This document shows positions 9,947-18,812 of a stretch of DNA of 29,904 nucleotides, piece by piece. Source of the stretch: a virus (Duplodnaviria > Caudoviricetes); the IMG/VR virus record IMGVR_UViG_3300020044_002588, positions 1-29,904 of that record; one strand, 5' to 3'. The notes below the pieces were generated by a model. The model was not told where the DNA came from. It ran no database searches and saw only the letters and a list, made by a program, of their open reading frames with translations. The position numbers and the translations under genes are program-made. Each line of letters begins with the position of its first letter. The first letter of the stretch is position 1.

Positions 9947-10103
9947 CCTGCTGAAAAGCGGGTGTGCTACTTCAAAGCCTTTCCGGTACGGCTTGGCCTC
10001 CGTGCTGCGTAAAAACGGCTACCTCTAATTCCATGCCCTCACAACCTGTGACTGGCATGTCTTCATGAATACCTCCGATAAGACTCTCCCAGTCTTGTCG
10101 CGT
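9947..10103 (+). ncRNA. Structured 5' leader / candidate cis-regulatory RNA upstream of scaffold gene
   Basis: Four hairpins: CCTGCT-GAAA-AGCGGG (9947-9962); GGTACGG..CCGTGCT (9985-10006); CATGCC-c-TCACA-acc-TGTGA-ct-GGCATG (10032-10059); CGATAAGACT-ctccc-AGTCTTGTCG (10076-10100). G-U pairs work on the + strand. Confidence 0.5.
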
Positions 10104-10123
10104 CAAGGAAAGGGAAGGGCAAC

Positions 10124-10594
10124 ATGTCTAACTACGCAGAAGAAGATTTCGACACTGACGAAATTGACGAGTCCGCTACTGATGAATCCCCTCGTGGTCT
10201 TCGTAGGGCAGCGAACAAAGGCAAGAAGTTGGAGTCGGAGAATCAGCAGTTGAAGCGTGAACTTGCATTCTTCAAGGCTGGCATTGATACGGATGATCCT
10301 CGGATGAAATATTTTGCCAAGGGTTATGACGGTGAGATGACAGCGGAAGCGGTAAGGCAAGCGGCTATTGATGCTGGTTTTCTTCAGACGCAATCCGCTC
10401 AACAGAATGCTCAGGTTCAGGAAATCGCGTCAGCGCAGCAGCGTGTTCTTACTGCTTCGGCTGGTGCCCTGTATGAAGACTCATCTGAGGATGCAGCCTT
10501 CTCTCGTCTTGAGCAGGCTATGGAAGAGGGTGGCGTTACAGCGATGATGGAAGTTGCCCGACAGTACGGAATCCCAATCGCTACCGAACAGTAA
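10124..10594 (+). CDS. Capsid scaffolding protein (putative)
   Basis: Acidic N-terminus, coiled-coil segment (KKLESENQQLKRELAF), strong purine-rich RBS, immediately upstream of the major capsid gene. Confidence 0.7.
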   Translation: MSNYAEEDFDTDEIDESATDESPRGLRRAANKGKKLESENQQLKRELAFFKAGIDTDDPRMKYFAKGYDGEMTAEAVRQAAIDAGFLQTQSAQQNAQVQEIASAQQRVLTASAGALYEDSSEDAAFSRLEQAMEEGGVTAMMEVARQYGIPIATEQ

Positions 10595-10606
10595 AGGACT
10601 TAGATC

Positions 10607-11644
10607 ATGCCAGCAGGAACCGGCACCGCAGGCGCGAACCAGAATGGTCCCGCCACTTCTCCGATGTACTCGCCCGGTGAGATTGTCACCGCAGCGGGTC
10701 CACTCTCTATCAACGCACCGGCTCCGGTCGTTGACATCACCCTTGGTTCGCAGTTCGTTACCAAGGCGTACGACCTTGCGATCTACCCCGCTCTCCGACC
10801 GGAACTCATCTTCGATCAGTTCGCCACGGTTCGGGCAAGCAACACCACGCATCGTGGTGGTTCGGTTCGTTTCTCCTTCGTCGATGACCTGACTGAGCAG
10901 ACTACTCCGCTCCTTGAGAACCTCGATGTCGATTCGATCACGATGGCGTCGAAGGCGCTTACCGTGTCGATGCGTGAGTACGGTACGGCTGTCACGAACA
11001 CGGCGCTTATCCGTGGGACCAGCATGATCTCGCTTGATCCGCTTATCGCGGAGCGCGTGGGATACAACGCTGGTCTCTCCATTGATACGCTCGCTCGTGT
11101 CGCGCTCAGCCAGACTTCCATCACGTACGACGATGCCTCTACTGCGACTGTCGGGTCGATTGGTGATGGTTCGGCGAACCTGTCGGGCGTCATGCTCCGT
11201 CAGGGTGTTGCTCGGCTTCGTGCAGCGAATGTCCGTCCGATGCGCGGCGGCAACTATGTTGCTGTCATTTCCCCGTATCAGGCGCAGCAGTTGATGTCTG
11301 AGTCGACCGATACCGGCTTCCGGTGGATGGTTGGCTACAACGGTGACAACACCGCTGGTAACAGCATCTTCCAAGGAGAGGTTGGCACGTATGAAGGCGT
11401 TCGCCTTGTCGTGAACAATCACCTCACCTCGCAGGGCTTCGGTTACCTGATGGGTGCTGAGGCTCTTGCGAAGGCGTATTCGACGGCTCCGGGCTTCGGG
11501 CCGACTCCGAAGACGGTTGTTTCTCCGGTTGTCGATAAGTTGCGTCGTTTCGCTTCTGTCGGCTGGTATCACCTCGTTGGTTACAGCATCTTCCGTGCTG
11601 ATGCCCTGCTTCACATTCGGACGAGTTCTTCACTCGTAACCTGA
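10607..11644 (+). CDS. Major capsid protein
   Basis: 345 aa with capsid-like segments (LRPELIFDQFA, GGSVRF, EYGTAV, GEVGTYEGVRLV, DKLRRFASVGWY). RBS AAGGA, C-ending codon bias suggesting high expression, followed by a strong hairpin. Confidence 0.88.
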   Translation: MPAGTGTAGANQNGPATSPMYSPGEIVTAAGPLSINAPAPVVDITLGSQFVTKAYDLAIYPALRPELIFDQFATVRASNTTHRGGSVRFSFVDDLTEQTTPLLENLDVDSITMASKALTVSMREYGTAVTNTALIRGTSMISLDPLIAERVGYNAGLSIDTLARVALSQTSITYDDASTATVGSIGDGSANLSGVMLRQGVARLRAANVRPMRGGNYVAVISPYQAQQLMSESTDTGFRWMVGYNGDNTAGNSIFQGEVGTYEGVRLVVNNHLTSQGFGYLMGAEALAKAYSTAPGFGPTPKTVVSPVVDKLRRFASVGWYHLVGYSIFRADALLHIRTSSSLVT

Positions 11645-11650
11645 TGACAT

Positions 11651-11680
11651 GCTGCCCCTCGCCTTCGGGTGGGGGGCAGC
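11651..11680 (+). terminator. Hairpin terminator/processing stem after capsid gene
   Basis: GCTGCCCCTCGCC-TTCG-GGTGGGGGGCAGC: 13-bp stem with a C(UUCG)G loop. The U-tract is weak, so read-through is plausible. Confidence 0.7.
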
Positions 11681-11714
11681 GGTCTTGGCTTGGAAACTAT
11701 CTACGGAGGAAGCA

Positions 11715-12332
11715 GTGGCTAGGAAGAACGCAGGGAACACTGGCCCTACTAAGGCTATTACGAAGGCGTCTCAGACTGACTGGGAGATGCGTAGGGCTTC
11801 TGCTGGTGCTCCGGTGAAGAAGGGGACGGCGCAGAAGACTTCTCAGGCGAAGGGTCTTGTTGACAAGGTCGGTTCGTATGGGAATAAGAAGACTTTGAAT
11901 CTTACGAAGAAGCAACTTGGTGCTAGTGGGGTGAAGGCTGCTTCTACTAGGAAGATTGCTATTAGTCGTACCGAGTACAGGGACGGCAAGGTTTACGGCC
12001 CTATGGGTAAGCCAATCACGGGTCGGGTGGATATGGGCGGCGGCAATATCGCTGTCTACCGCAAGGGTGTCCGTGTGAAGGCTTCTGCTGCGAAGCCGTC
12101 TAGTCCTGACAAGCCGAAGCCTCCTTCCGCAAAGCCGGTCAGGTATGCGGATGTTGATCGTCCGAGTAGGACTCCACCGTCTTCTACTGCTGCTCGTGCT
12201 GCTGCTGGTGCGGCTGCGAATGTTAAGGCGCGTTCTGCTAGTGCGGCACGTAATACTGCTGCTGGCCGTTCTGGCTATGTGTGGAGTGAGACAAGTAAAA
12301 GGTGGATTCCTGCAAAGCGAGGGAGTAAGTAA
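11715..12332 (+). CDS. Basic Lys/Ala/Ser-rich hypothetical protein
   Basis: GTG at 11715 follows GGAGGA. The track start at 11649 would run through the terminator stem. Confidence 0.7.
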   Translation: MARKNAGNTGPTKAITKASQTDWEMRRASAGAPVKKGTAQKTSQAKGLVDKVGSYGNKKTLNLTKKQLGASGVKAASTRKIAISRTEYRDGKVYGPMGKPITGRVDMGGGNIAVYRKGVRVKASAAKPSSPDKPKPPSAKPVRYADVDRPSRTPPSSTAARAAAGAAANVKARSASAARNTAAGRSGYVWSETSKRWIPAKRGSK

Positions 12333-13039
12333 TGCCTGCTGGTGGTGGAGGACGTGGAGTAAGTGGGTCGGGTGGTCCGGGTTCTGGATCAGCAAGCATG
12401 GGTGGTAGGGCTTCTGGTCCTGCTGCTGGTGGCGGTGGTAGGGGTGGTGGTGCTAGGAGTGCTGCCAGTAGTGGTGGAACTAGGGCTACTGGTCGTCCTG
12501 CTCCGGTGAAGAAGGCAACGGTTAAGAAGACTACGGCTGCTCCTGCTGCACCGGCTGCTCCTGCTGGGCGTGGGGCCGGTCCTAAGACTGCTACTCAGAA
12601 GACTGCTGCGCCTGCGAAGAAGACCACGGCTCCTGCCACTGCTCCTAGCACGAATGCTGCTCCTAAGGGACCGAAGCGTGGTAGTAGCACTAGTCCTTCT
12701 ACGGCGCAGAAGACTACTACTGCAAAGAAGACTCCTGCATCAAAAACAACGACTGCGAAGAAACCTGTCACTCAAATTCCTCCCGGAAGATTGCTCCGTA
12801 GTTCGGGGATGGCAAGAACCTCGTCTATGGCTAGTAGTGCAAAGAATGCATTCAAGCGTGTGCCGGGTAGCAATAAGGTAAAGATATCTGTTGCTGGAGG
12901 CGTTGGAGTTGTAGGCGCTGGAATCTACGCCAATAAGGATAATGGTAGTTCTGGTAGCGGTAAGCCGAAGAATGGCGATACCAAGATGCTGGGTGGCCGT
13001 AAGGCGACATATAGGAATGGCAGTTGGTACACATCGTGA
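12332..13039 (+). CDS. Basic low-complexity protein with histone-H1-like PAKK/TAKK segments
   Basis: 235 aa, TAATG coupling, almost no acidic residues, Gly-rich N-terminus, one short hydrophobic stretch (ISVAGGVGVVGAGIY). Confidence 0.7.
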   Translation: MPAGGGGRGVSGSGGPGSGSASMGGRASGPAAGGGGRGGGARSAASSGGTRATGRPAPVKKATVKKTTAAPAAPAAPAGRGAGPKTATQKTAAPAKKTTAPATAPSTNAAPKGPKRGSSTSPSTAQKTTTAKKTPASKTTTAKKPVTQIPPGRLLRSSGMARTSSMASSAKNAFKRVPGSNKVKISVAGGVGVVGAGIYANKDNGSSGSGKPKNGDTKMLGGRKATYRNGSWYTS

Positions 13040-13215
13040 AGAAGCATCCGGGATTCGCTGCGGTGCAAGCGAGCATTGCGAAGAAGCAGGGTATCTCTAA
13101 GGAGCGTGCTGGGGCGATTGTTGCGGCTGGTGCGCGTAAGGCGAGTAAGAAAGCGGTGAAGGCGAATCCGCGTCTAAAGCGTGTATCTGGTGTGGTGAAG
13201 AAGGGAAAGAAGTAA
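13036..13215 (+). CDS. Small basic phage protein (KHPGFAAVQ...ANPRLKRV)
   Basis: GTGA overlap with the upstream stop at 13036-13039; 59 aa, very Lys/Ala-rich. Confidence 0.7.
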   Translation: MKKHPGFAAVQASIAKKQGISKERAGAIVAAGARKASKKAVKANPRLKRVSGVVKKGKK

Positions 13216-13349
13216 TGTGCATGAAGTGTGGTTGCTGCACCCCTAACGATCACAAGATTGGTCCTCAAAACTTTGGATCAAATGGCGGTAGTGGGAAGCA
13301 GGTTATTGTTTCTTCGACTGACATGTCTTCTGACGGCAAACTGATTTAA
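13215..13349 (+). CDS. Small Cys-cluster protein, 44 aa (not in ORF track)
   Basis: TAATG coupling. It reads MCMKCGCCTPNDHKIGPQNFGSNGGSGKQVIVSSTDMSSDGKLI*, and its stop abuts the ATG at 13350. Confidence 0.65.
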   Translation: MCMKCGCCTPNDHKIGPQNFGSNGGSGKQVIVSSTDMSSDGKLI

Positions 13350-13616
13350 ATGGCTACTCCTGCGTGGCAGCGGAAAGCGGGAAAGAACCCTAAGGGGGGA
13401 TTGAACGCTGCTGGTCGTGCGTCTGCGAAGAAGCAGGGCATGAACTTGAAGCCGCCGGTGAAGAAGGCTGAGGCAAAGAGGTCGCCTAAGTCCGCTGCCC
13501 GTAGGAAGTCGTTCTGTGCCCGTATGGAGGGCATGAAGAAGGTGAACACTTCGGCTAAGACTGCGAAGAATCCGAATAGCCGTATCAATAAGTCGTTGAG
13601 GGCGTGGGACTGTTGA
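13350..13616 (+). CDS. Small basic conserved phage protein (DUF6321-like by recollection)
   Basis: AWQRKAGKNPKGGLNAAGRAS...RRKSFCARM...SLRAWDC pattern. Confidence 0.75.
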   Translation: MATPAWQRKAGKNPKGGLNAAGRASAKKQGMNLKPPVKKAEAKRSPKSAARRKSFCARMEGMKKVNTSAKTAKNPNSRINKSLRAWDC

Positions 13617-13768
13617 AGGCCAAGCCGTTCTGGGATAAGCCGAATCCGAAGAAGAAGTCGACTCCGTTGAGTCCAGCGCAGAAGGCTGCAGCAAAGAAAC
13701 GTGCGAAGGCTGCTGGTCGTCCGTATCCGAATCTTGTGGATAACGCTGCTGCGAAAAGGAAACGCTGA
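13604..13768 (+). CDS. Small basic phage protein, 54 aa (not in ORF track)
   Basis: Start is GTG 13604 or TTG 13613. It reads ..KAKPFWDKPNPKKKSTPLSPAQKAAAKKRAKAAGRPYPNLVDNAAAKRKR* and is TGATG-coupled to 13768. Confidence 0.7.
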   Translation: MGLLKAKPFWDKPNPKKKSTPLSPAQKAAAKKRAKAAGRPYPNLVDNAAAKRKR

Positions 13769-14106
13769 TGCCTCAGGGAGTAGCGACTGTTCAATTGCTT
13801 GGTAGAGGTACGTATGGTCCTCGCACTATGCAAGGTCCGGGTATTTCTCCGTTGTGGTCGTTCTTCCTTGCACCGCCTTCGCAGAACAGTGTGATGATCT
13901 ACAACGATGGTTCTGTCGAGGAGCGGCAAACGTTCATGAATAGCGAGATCAAGAGTGACGATGTGTACATGTTCATTCTTGGTGGTACTGATTTTCGTTG
14001 TGCTGTGGGGTCGTTCGAATACACTGCTTTGACTGATGCTGGATACACTTGGCGTGAGGTTGTTCCACCGGATACTTACAGTTCCACTTATCAGGATGCG
14101 TATTAG
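13768..14106 (+). CDS. Hypothetical structural-region protein
   Basis: 112-aa ORF, RBS AAAGGA, coupled start. Confidence 0.75.
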   Translation: MPQGVATVQLLGRGTYGPRTMQGPGISPLWSFFLAPPSQNSVMIYNDGSVEERQTFMNSEIKSDDVYMFILGGTDFRCAVGSFEYTALTDAGYTWREVVPPDTYSSTYQDAY

Positions 14107-14114
14107 GAGTTCAG

Positions 14115-14996
14115 ATGCCGTTGACTTTGCCTGATCCGAATCGCGCCGTTGGTGATAGTGGGCATACGTCGGATACGAATCTCATTATTACTGCTATTAA
14201 TTCTTTGCAGTCTCAGGTTGATGGTCTTCCTGCTGGTCCAACTGGCCCTAGCGGTCCTGCTGGTGCTACTGGTCCTACTGGTTCTCAGGGTCCGTCAGGA
14301 GATTCTTCGACTATTCCCGGTCCTACTGGTCCGGCTGGCGCTACTGGTCCGACGGGAGCGCAGGGACCGATTGGCGTGTCTGGGCCTACTGGTTCTCAGG
14401 GTGTCGTGGGTCCGTCTGGGCCGTCAGGCCCGCAGGGTTATGTCGGTCCTACTGGCCCTACTGGTCCGGTTGGCACTGGCCTGAATGTGAAGGGCACGGT
14501 CGCTAACGTTGGCGATCTGCCTGCTACTGGTGTCCCGGGCGATGCGTACATTATTGGCACGAATCTGTACGTGTGGTCTGCCAATACGAGCAGTTGGGTG
14601 AATGCTGGCCCTGTCGTGGGTCCGTCTGGGCCGTCGGGTGCGACTGGCCCTAGCGGTACTGCTGGTGCGACTGGTGCTACTGGTGCGTCTGGCAGTAATG
14701 GCGCGAATGGTGCGACGGGTGCCACTGGCCCGTCGGGTCCGAGTGGACCGAGTGGGCCTGCGGGTTCCAATGGTGCAGCGGGTGCGACGGGTGCGACTGG
14801 TTCTACGGGACCGAGTGGTGCGACTGGTCCTTCCGGTGCGACTGGCCCGACTGGTCCTAGCGGCCCCTCTGGCCCCACTGGAGCGGCTTCCACTGTCGCT
14901 GGTCCTACTGGTGCGACTGGACCTACTGGCCCGTCTGGTCCCGCTGGGCTGACGACAGACCCGGTTCCGACCATCTTGATGCTTGGCGGCATGTGA
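14115..14996 (+). CDS. Collagen-like (Gly-X-Y) fibre/decoration protein
   Basis: Two long GPT/GPS/GAT triplet runs flank a small globular insert ([15 protein letters not shown]...[13 protein letters not shown]). RBS AGGAG. Confidence 0.85.
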   Translation: MPLTLPDPNRAVGDSGHTSDTNLIITAINSLQSQVDGLPAGPTGPSGPAGATGPTGSQGPSGDSSTIPGPTGPAGATGPTGAQGPIGVSGPTGSQGVVGPSGPSGPQGYVGPTGPTGPVGTGLNVKGTVANVGDLPATGVPGDAYIIGTNLYVWSANTSSWVNAGPVVGPSGPSGATGPSGTAGATGATGASGSNGANGATGATGPSGPSGPSGPAGSNGAAGATGATGSTGPSGATGPSGATGPTGPSGPSGPTGAASTVAGPTGATGPTGPSGPAGLTTDPVPTILMLGGM

Positions 14997-16072
14997 TGAG
15001 ATTCCATGTCGTCGGCCTGCCGTTCACTCAGACAACGGATGACTATCCTGCGTGCGCTTTCACGATGAAGGTACGCAAGTTCTGCAAGATGATGAAAGCA
15101 GCAGGCCACACTGTCTACCTGTATTCAGGTGAGCAGAACAATGCCGAGTGTGACGAGCATGTCATGTGCATCAGCGAGTATGAGCGTGCTGCTGCTATCG
15201 GCGACACTCACTACACGATGTCGTCTTTTGATTCGGCGCTGCCGCATTGGGTGCGTTTCAATACTGCTGCCGGGTTGGAGATAGCGAAGCGCAAGCAGCC
15301 GAAGGATTTCATCTGCCTGATTGGTGGGTCTGCTCAGAAGCAGATCGCTGACATGAATCCTGATCTGATGACTGTTGAGTTCGGTATCGGATATCCGGGG
15401 ACGTTTGCCAAGTATCGGGTGTTTGAGTCGTATGCGTGGATGCATACCGTGTATGGGACGACGACAACGAACGCTGCCACTCTTGACGGAAACTTCTACG
15501 ATGCTGTCATTCATGGCTACATTGATGAGGATGACTTCACTCTTGGAGATGGGGCTGGTGATGAGCAGGGCGAGTACCTCATGTTCATTGGCAGGCTCAT
15601 CGAACGTAAGGGTGCTCATATTGCGAGCATGGTCGCTGAGCGTCTTGGGCAGCGGCTGATCATCGCAGGTGTAGGCACACCGCCTTCGTACGGTGAGTAT
15701 GTCGGTCCCGTCGGTCTGGATCGTGCCGACTTGTTCCGTAACGCTAAGGCAATCTTCGCACCCACCCTGTACGTGGAACCGTATGGGACGGTGATTCCTG
15801 AAGCAATGATGTGCGGCACTCCAGCCATCACGACTGACTGGGGTGCGTTCACTGAAACAGTTGAAGATGGAGTGACTGGTTTCAGGTGCAGGACCCTTGG
15901 CGAGTTCATGGAAGCCGCTATCGCTGCACCTAATCTTGATAGGGCGCGTATCAGGGATATTGCGTTTGAGCGATTCAGTCTTGAGCGTACAGCGGTAAAG
16001 TACGAGCGTTACTTCAAACGCCTGCTTGGGCTTTGGGGCGATGGCTGGTACACGGTGAGGAGTGCTGCATGA
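14993..16072 (+). CDS. Glycosyltransferase, GT-B fold, family 4-like
   Basis: [10 protein letters not shown] and [41 protein letters not shown] match the GT4 E-X7-E signature region. ATGA overlap with the collagen gene. Confidence 0.9.
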   Translation: MMRFHVVGLPFTQTTDDYPACAFTMKVRKFCKMMKAAGHTVYLYSGEQNNAECDEHVMCISEYERAAAIGDTHYTMSSFDSALPHWVRFNTAAGLEIAKRKQPKDFICLIGGSAQKQIADMNPDLMTVEFGIGYPGTFAKYRVFESYAWMHTVYGTTTTNAATLDGNFYDAVIHGYIDEDDFTLGDGAGDEQGEYLMFIGRLIERKGAHIASMVAERLGQRLIIAGVGTPPSYGEYVGPVGLDRADLFRNAKAIFAPTLYVEPYGTVIPEAMMCGTPAITTDWGAFTETVEDGVTGFRCRTLGEFMEAAIAAPNLDRARIRDIAFERFSLERTAVKYERYFKRLLGLWGDGWYTVRSAA

Positions 16073-16953
16073 CAACGATGCGTGACATGCTGTCTGATAC
16101 CCGGCGCATGGCTTTTGGTTCAATGACTGAGCAGATCAACTTGATTGCTGAGCCTGCCGCTGCTGGGGCTAATGAGATAAAGATGCAATTAGATATCAGT
16201 GGCATCACTCCCGGAATGGCTATCTCCTGCGACTTGAATGTCTGGTATGTAAAGGGTACTGAGTCTTCAACGAATACTGTGTTCGTAATTCCGGGGTATG
16301 ACAACTCTCCTAAGACTGCGGTAACTGCTGATAGTTTCGTGCTAATCAAGCCTCGCGTCACTGACTGGTACATGTTTGAGACGATGAATCAGGAGATTCT
16401 TCGCCTGTCCACTCCTGAGCATGGCTTGTACAAGATTGCTTCATGGCAGACAGCGGTTGATCCGACGTACCAGACATATACGGTTCCGTCGGCAGCGTTG
16501 GACATGATCGGGATGCTTCGTGTCAGGTATCGGATGCCGGGTACGAGTGATGTGTGGATTGATATTCCTGAGAAGTCGTACCGTATTCAGACTGGTGTGA
16601 GTGGGACGATCATTCGCTTGCTTCGCAATATTCCTTCTGGAACTGATATCGAGTTCCTGTATAAGAGTCCGTTCCATCAGGCTGAGAACCTTGACGATAA
16701 CGTAAACGACGTGTGCGGATTGTCAGCGACTATGGTGGACATTCCTACGCTTGGCTGTCTCGCTACGCTGCTTCGTACTACTGAGTCGCGTCGTAATCAG
16801 GTGCAGCAGCAGGGTGATGCTCGTAGGGCTGGCGAGGTTGGTGGTGGTTCCAACATGTCTATTGCTCAGTTGGTTGAGAAGGATCACCAGATGCGTATCT
16901 GGGAAGAGGCTGCTCGTTTGATTCAGCGTGTTCCGATTGTTCGGAGCATCTGA
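16069..16953 (+). CDS. Probable tail adaptor (tail tubular protein A-like)
   Basis: ATG 16069 (ATGA overlap, RBS GAGGAG), 294 aa, precedes a beta-rich ~600-aa gene as in podoviral adaptor-nozzle pairs. Function inferred from gene order. Confidence 0.5.
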   Translation: MTTMRDMLSDTRRMAFGSMTEQINLIAEPAAAGANEIKMQLDISGITPGMAISCDLNVWYVKGTESSTNTVFVIPGYDNSPKTAVTADSFVLIKPRVTDWYMFETMNQEILRLSTPEHGLYKIASWQTAVDPTYQTYTVPSAALDMIGMLRVRYRMPGTSDVWIDIPEKSYRIQTGVSGTIIRLLRNIPSGTDIEFLYKSPFHQAENLDDNVNDVCGLSATMVDIPTLGCLATLLRTTESRRNQVQQQGDARRAGEVGGGSNMSIAQLVEKDHQMRIWEEAARLIQRVPIVRSI

Positions 16954-18812
16954 TGGGGTTGGAGATCACTGATACTCTAAGTGAACCATATAGCCTATCT
17001 GCTAAGGCTCTACCGTCGTCATTTTCTCCATCAGTTGTTGGTATTGCCGGCATTCCTTATCTGATGGATACGACAGATAACAAGTATAAGCGTGAAGCAT
17101 TTGAAGTTGTTCAGCAGAGAAATGTGACTAGTCAACGGGATACGTTGCTTCTTCCTCAGGATGTTTGGCGTCAGCAGATTGAGTCATGGCACTACGGTTC
17201 TGGTCAGTCAAATGTGGACCGGGATAATGCGTTACCGTATCGTTATAGAGAGAGTTTCGGGATCAACCCGTGGACTCAATGGCAGATATCGTTGCTTCCG
17301 AAGATGAGGAAGATGGGCGCGTATTCCGGGAGCGTGTGGACAGCGACGTGGGATAATCATCTTGCCGTGATGAACGCGCATACCATTTATTGGTATGACT
17401 CGGTGAGTGCTTCGGCTCCTTCAGCATCAACGGTTGTCGGTTCTGCTGACTTCATTGATATTGCCAACATGGCATTTCAGGTGACGACGCTGGATTCTGG
17501 CGGTCATGTGTATGAGACGAATGGACCCGGTGTCAGTCCTGTTCTCAAGGGTACGTATGCGAATGCGACGTTCATTGCGTATGAGAAGGATTATCTTCTG
17601 TGCGGCAAGGAGAACAAACTGTATGACATTACTGGTGGTGGTGCAGGGACACTGATATATACGCATCCTCAGTCAGCGTTTAGGTGGCAGTCGTCAGCAA
17701 GCGGTAACTCATGTATTTATGTGCTGGGAGGGGCAGCGGACAAGTATGTCATTCACCGGACAAATATTAAGACTGGTGGGCTTGGACTGGATACATGCAT
17801 TGTTGCTGCGACACTCCCTGATGGTGAGATCGGATACTGCATAGATCAGTACCTTGGGTACATTTTCATCGGTACGAATAAGGGAGTGAGGGTCGCTCAG
17901 GAGAACGGGAATAGTGGCGATCTCACGCTTGGTCCGATCATTCCTACCACCGCCCCAGTCCGCTGCTTTGAGGGTCAGGACAGGTTTATCTGGTATGGGT
18001 TGAGCGAGATGGTGTCGACATATGGCGATGCCGAGAGCGAACTGTTCCCGACTGGGACTGTCTGTGGGCTTGGGCGCATGGACCTGTCTGTTTCTACTAC
18101 GAGTGTGCTGACGCCTGCTTATGCTCAGGATATGTGTGCGTTGACTGAATCGGGGAAAGTAGTCCGATCAGTGGTGTCATTCAATAATAAGCGCGTCATG
18201 GGCATTGATGGTTCAGGCGTGTGGATTGAGACTAGCGAATTGATGGACGGCGGCTGGTTGACGCAGGGAACGATGTCGTTCTCGGTGGAAGACTTGAAAA
18301 CTGGCCTGTACTCGCAGGCGAAGTGGCTTCCCCTTGTCGGTGAGATTGATCTTGATCTTGCCTATGACTCCACTGGATATGTCCGTGTCGTTGACTGGAC
18401 ATTCCAAAACACTATTCGGTCTGGCAACATCTCACTGGACGGAACTCAATTCTCGCGTGTTGATTCCCGCTACGTATTGAAGAGGGATGCTACGTCTACG
18501 ACAGTAAGCCCTGCCCTTACTCGTTGGGAGATTCGCGCTATCCCGGTTCGCGGAAGGGCTTCTCGCTGGACGTTGCCGATCATGAACTATGAGGACATTG
18601 AGATTGATGGAGTGAAGTACACGAGGGATTGTCTCGCGGTTCTTGACTCTCTTATCAGCCTTGTTGAGAACAGTTCCGTGTTCACTCTGCAAGAATCAGG
18701 TAGGTCGTATCAGGTTCATGCGAAGGATTTTCTGTGGACTCCTGAGAAACTGACTGCGAATGGCAGGGCTTGGCAGGGTTTGTTCATGCTGGTGTGCGAG
18801 GAGGCTCAGTGA
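16953..18812 (+). CDS. Probable tail nozzle/stabilisation protein (beta-propeller-like)
   Basis: 619 aa, rich in short beta-strand patterns with aromatic residues (YIFIGTNKGVRV, RFIWYG), TGATG coupling. Function inferred from size and position. Confidence 0.55.
   Translation: MGLEITDTLSEPYSLSAKALPSSFSPSVVGIAGIPYLMDTTDNKYKREAFEVVQQRNVTSQRDTLLLPQDVWRQQIESWHYGSGQSNVDRDNALPYRYRESFGINPWTQWQISLLPKMRKMGAYSGSVWTATWDNHLAVMNAHTIYWYDSVSASAPSASTVVGSADFIDIANMAFQVTTLDSGGHVYETNGPGVSPVLKGTYANATFIAYEKDYLLCGKENKLYDITGGGAGTLIYTHPQSAFRWQSSASGNSCIYVLGGAADKYVIHRTNIKTGGLGLDTCIVAATLPDGEIGYCIDQYLGYIFIGTNKGVRVAQENGNSGDLTLGPIIPTTAPVRCFEGQDRFIWYGLSEMVSTYGDAESELFPTGTVCGLGRMDLSVSTTSVLTPAYAQDMCALTESGKVVRSVVSFNNKRVMGIDGSGVWIETSELMDGGWLTQGTMSFSVEDLKTGLYSQAKWLPLVGEIDLDLAYDSTGYVRVVDWTFQNTIRSGNISLDGTQFSRVDSRYVLKRDATSTTVSPALTRWEIRAIPVRGRASRWTLPIMNYEDIEIDGVKYTRDCLAVLDSLISLVENSSVFTLQESGRSYQVHAKDFLWTPEKLTANGRAWQGLFMLVCEEAQ

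Noticed and set aside
10481-11614. 377-aa minus-strand ORF opposite the capsid gene
   Set aside because: Antisense shadow of a strongly codon-biased gene; Arg-rich translation with no motif.
11649-11714. Track start of the 227-aa ORF, or a possible capsid read-through extension
   Set aside because: The segment is occupied by the UUCG hairpin, and a better GTG with GGAGGA lies at 11715. The capsid stop is followed by a second in-frame TGA, and no slippery site was seen.
14438-15109. Minus-strand ORF with GPV/APV pseudo-collagen repeats
   Set aside because: Mirror of the + strand collagen repeats; it overlaps two well-supported genes.
15125-16123. 332-aa minus-strand ORF
   Set aside because: Entirely antisense to the GT4 gene, with no independent evidence.
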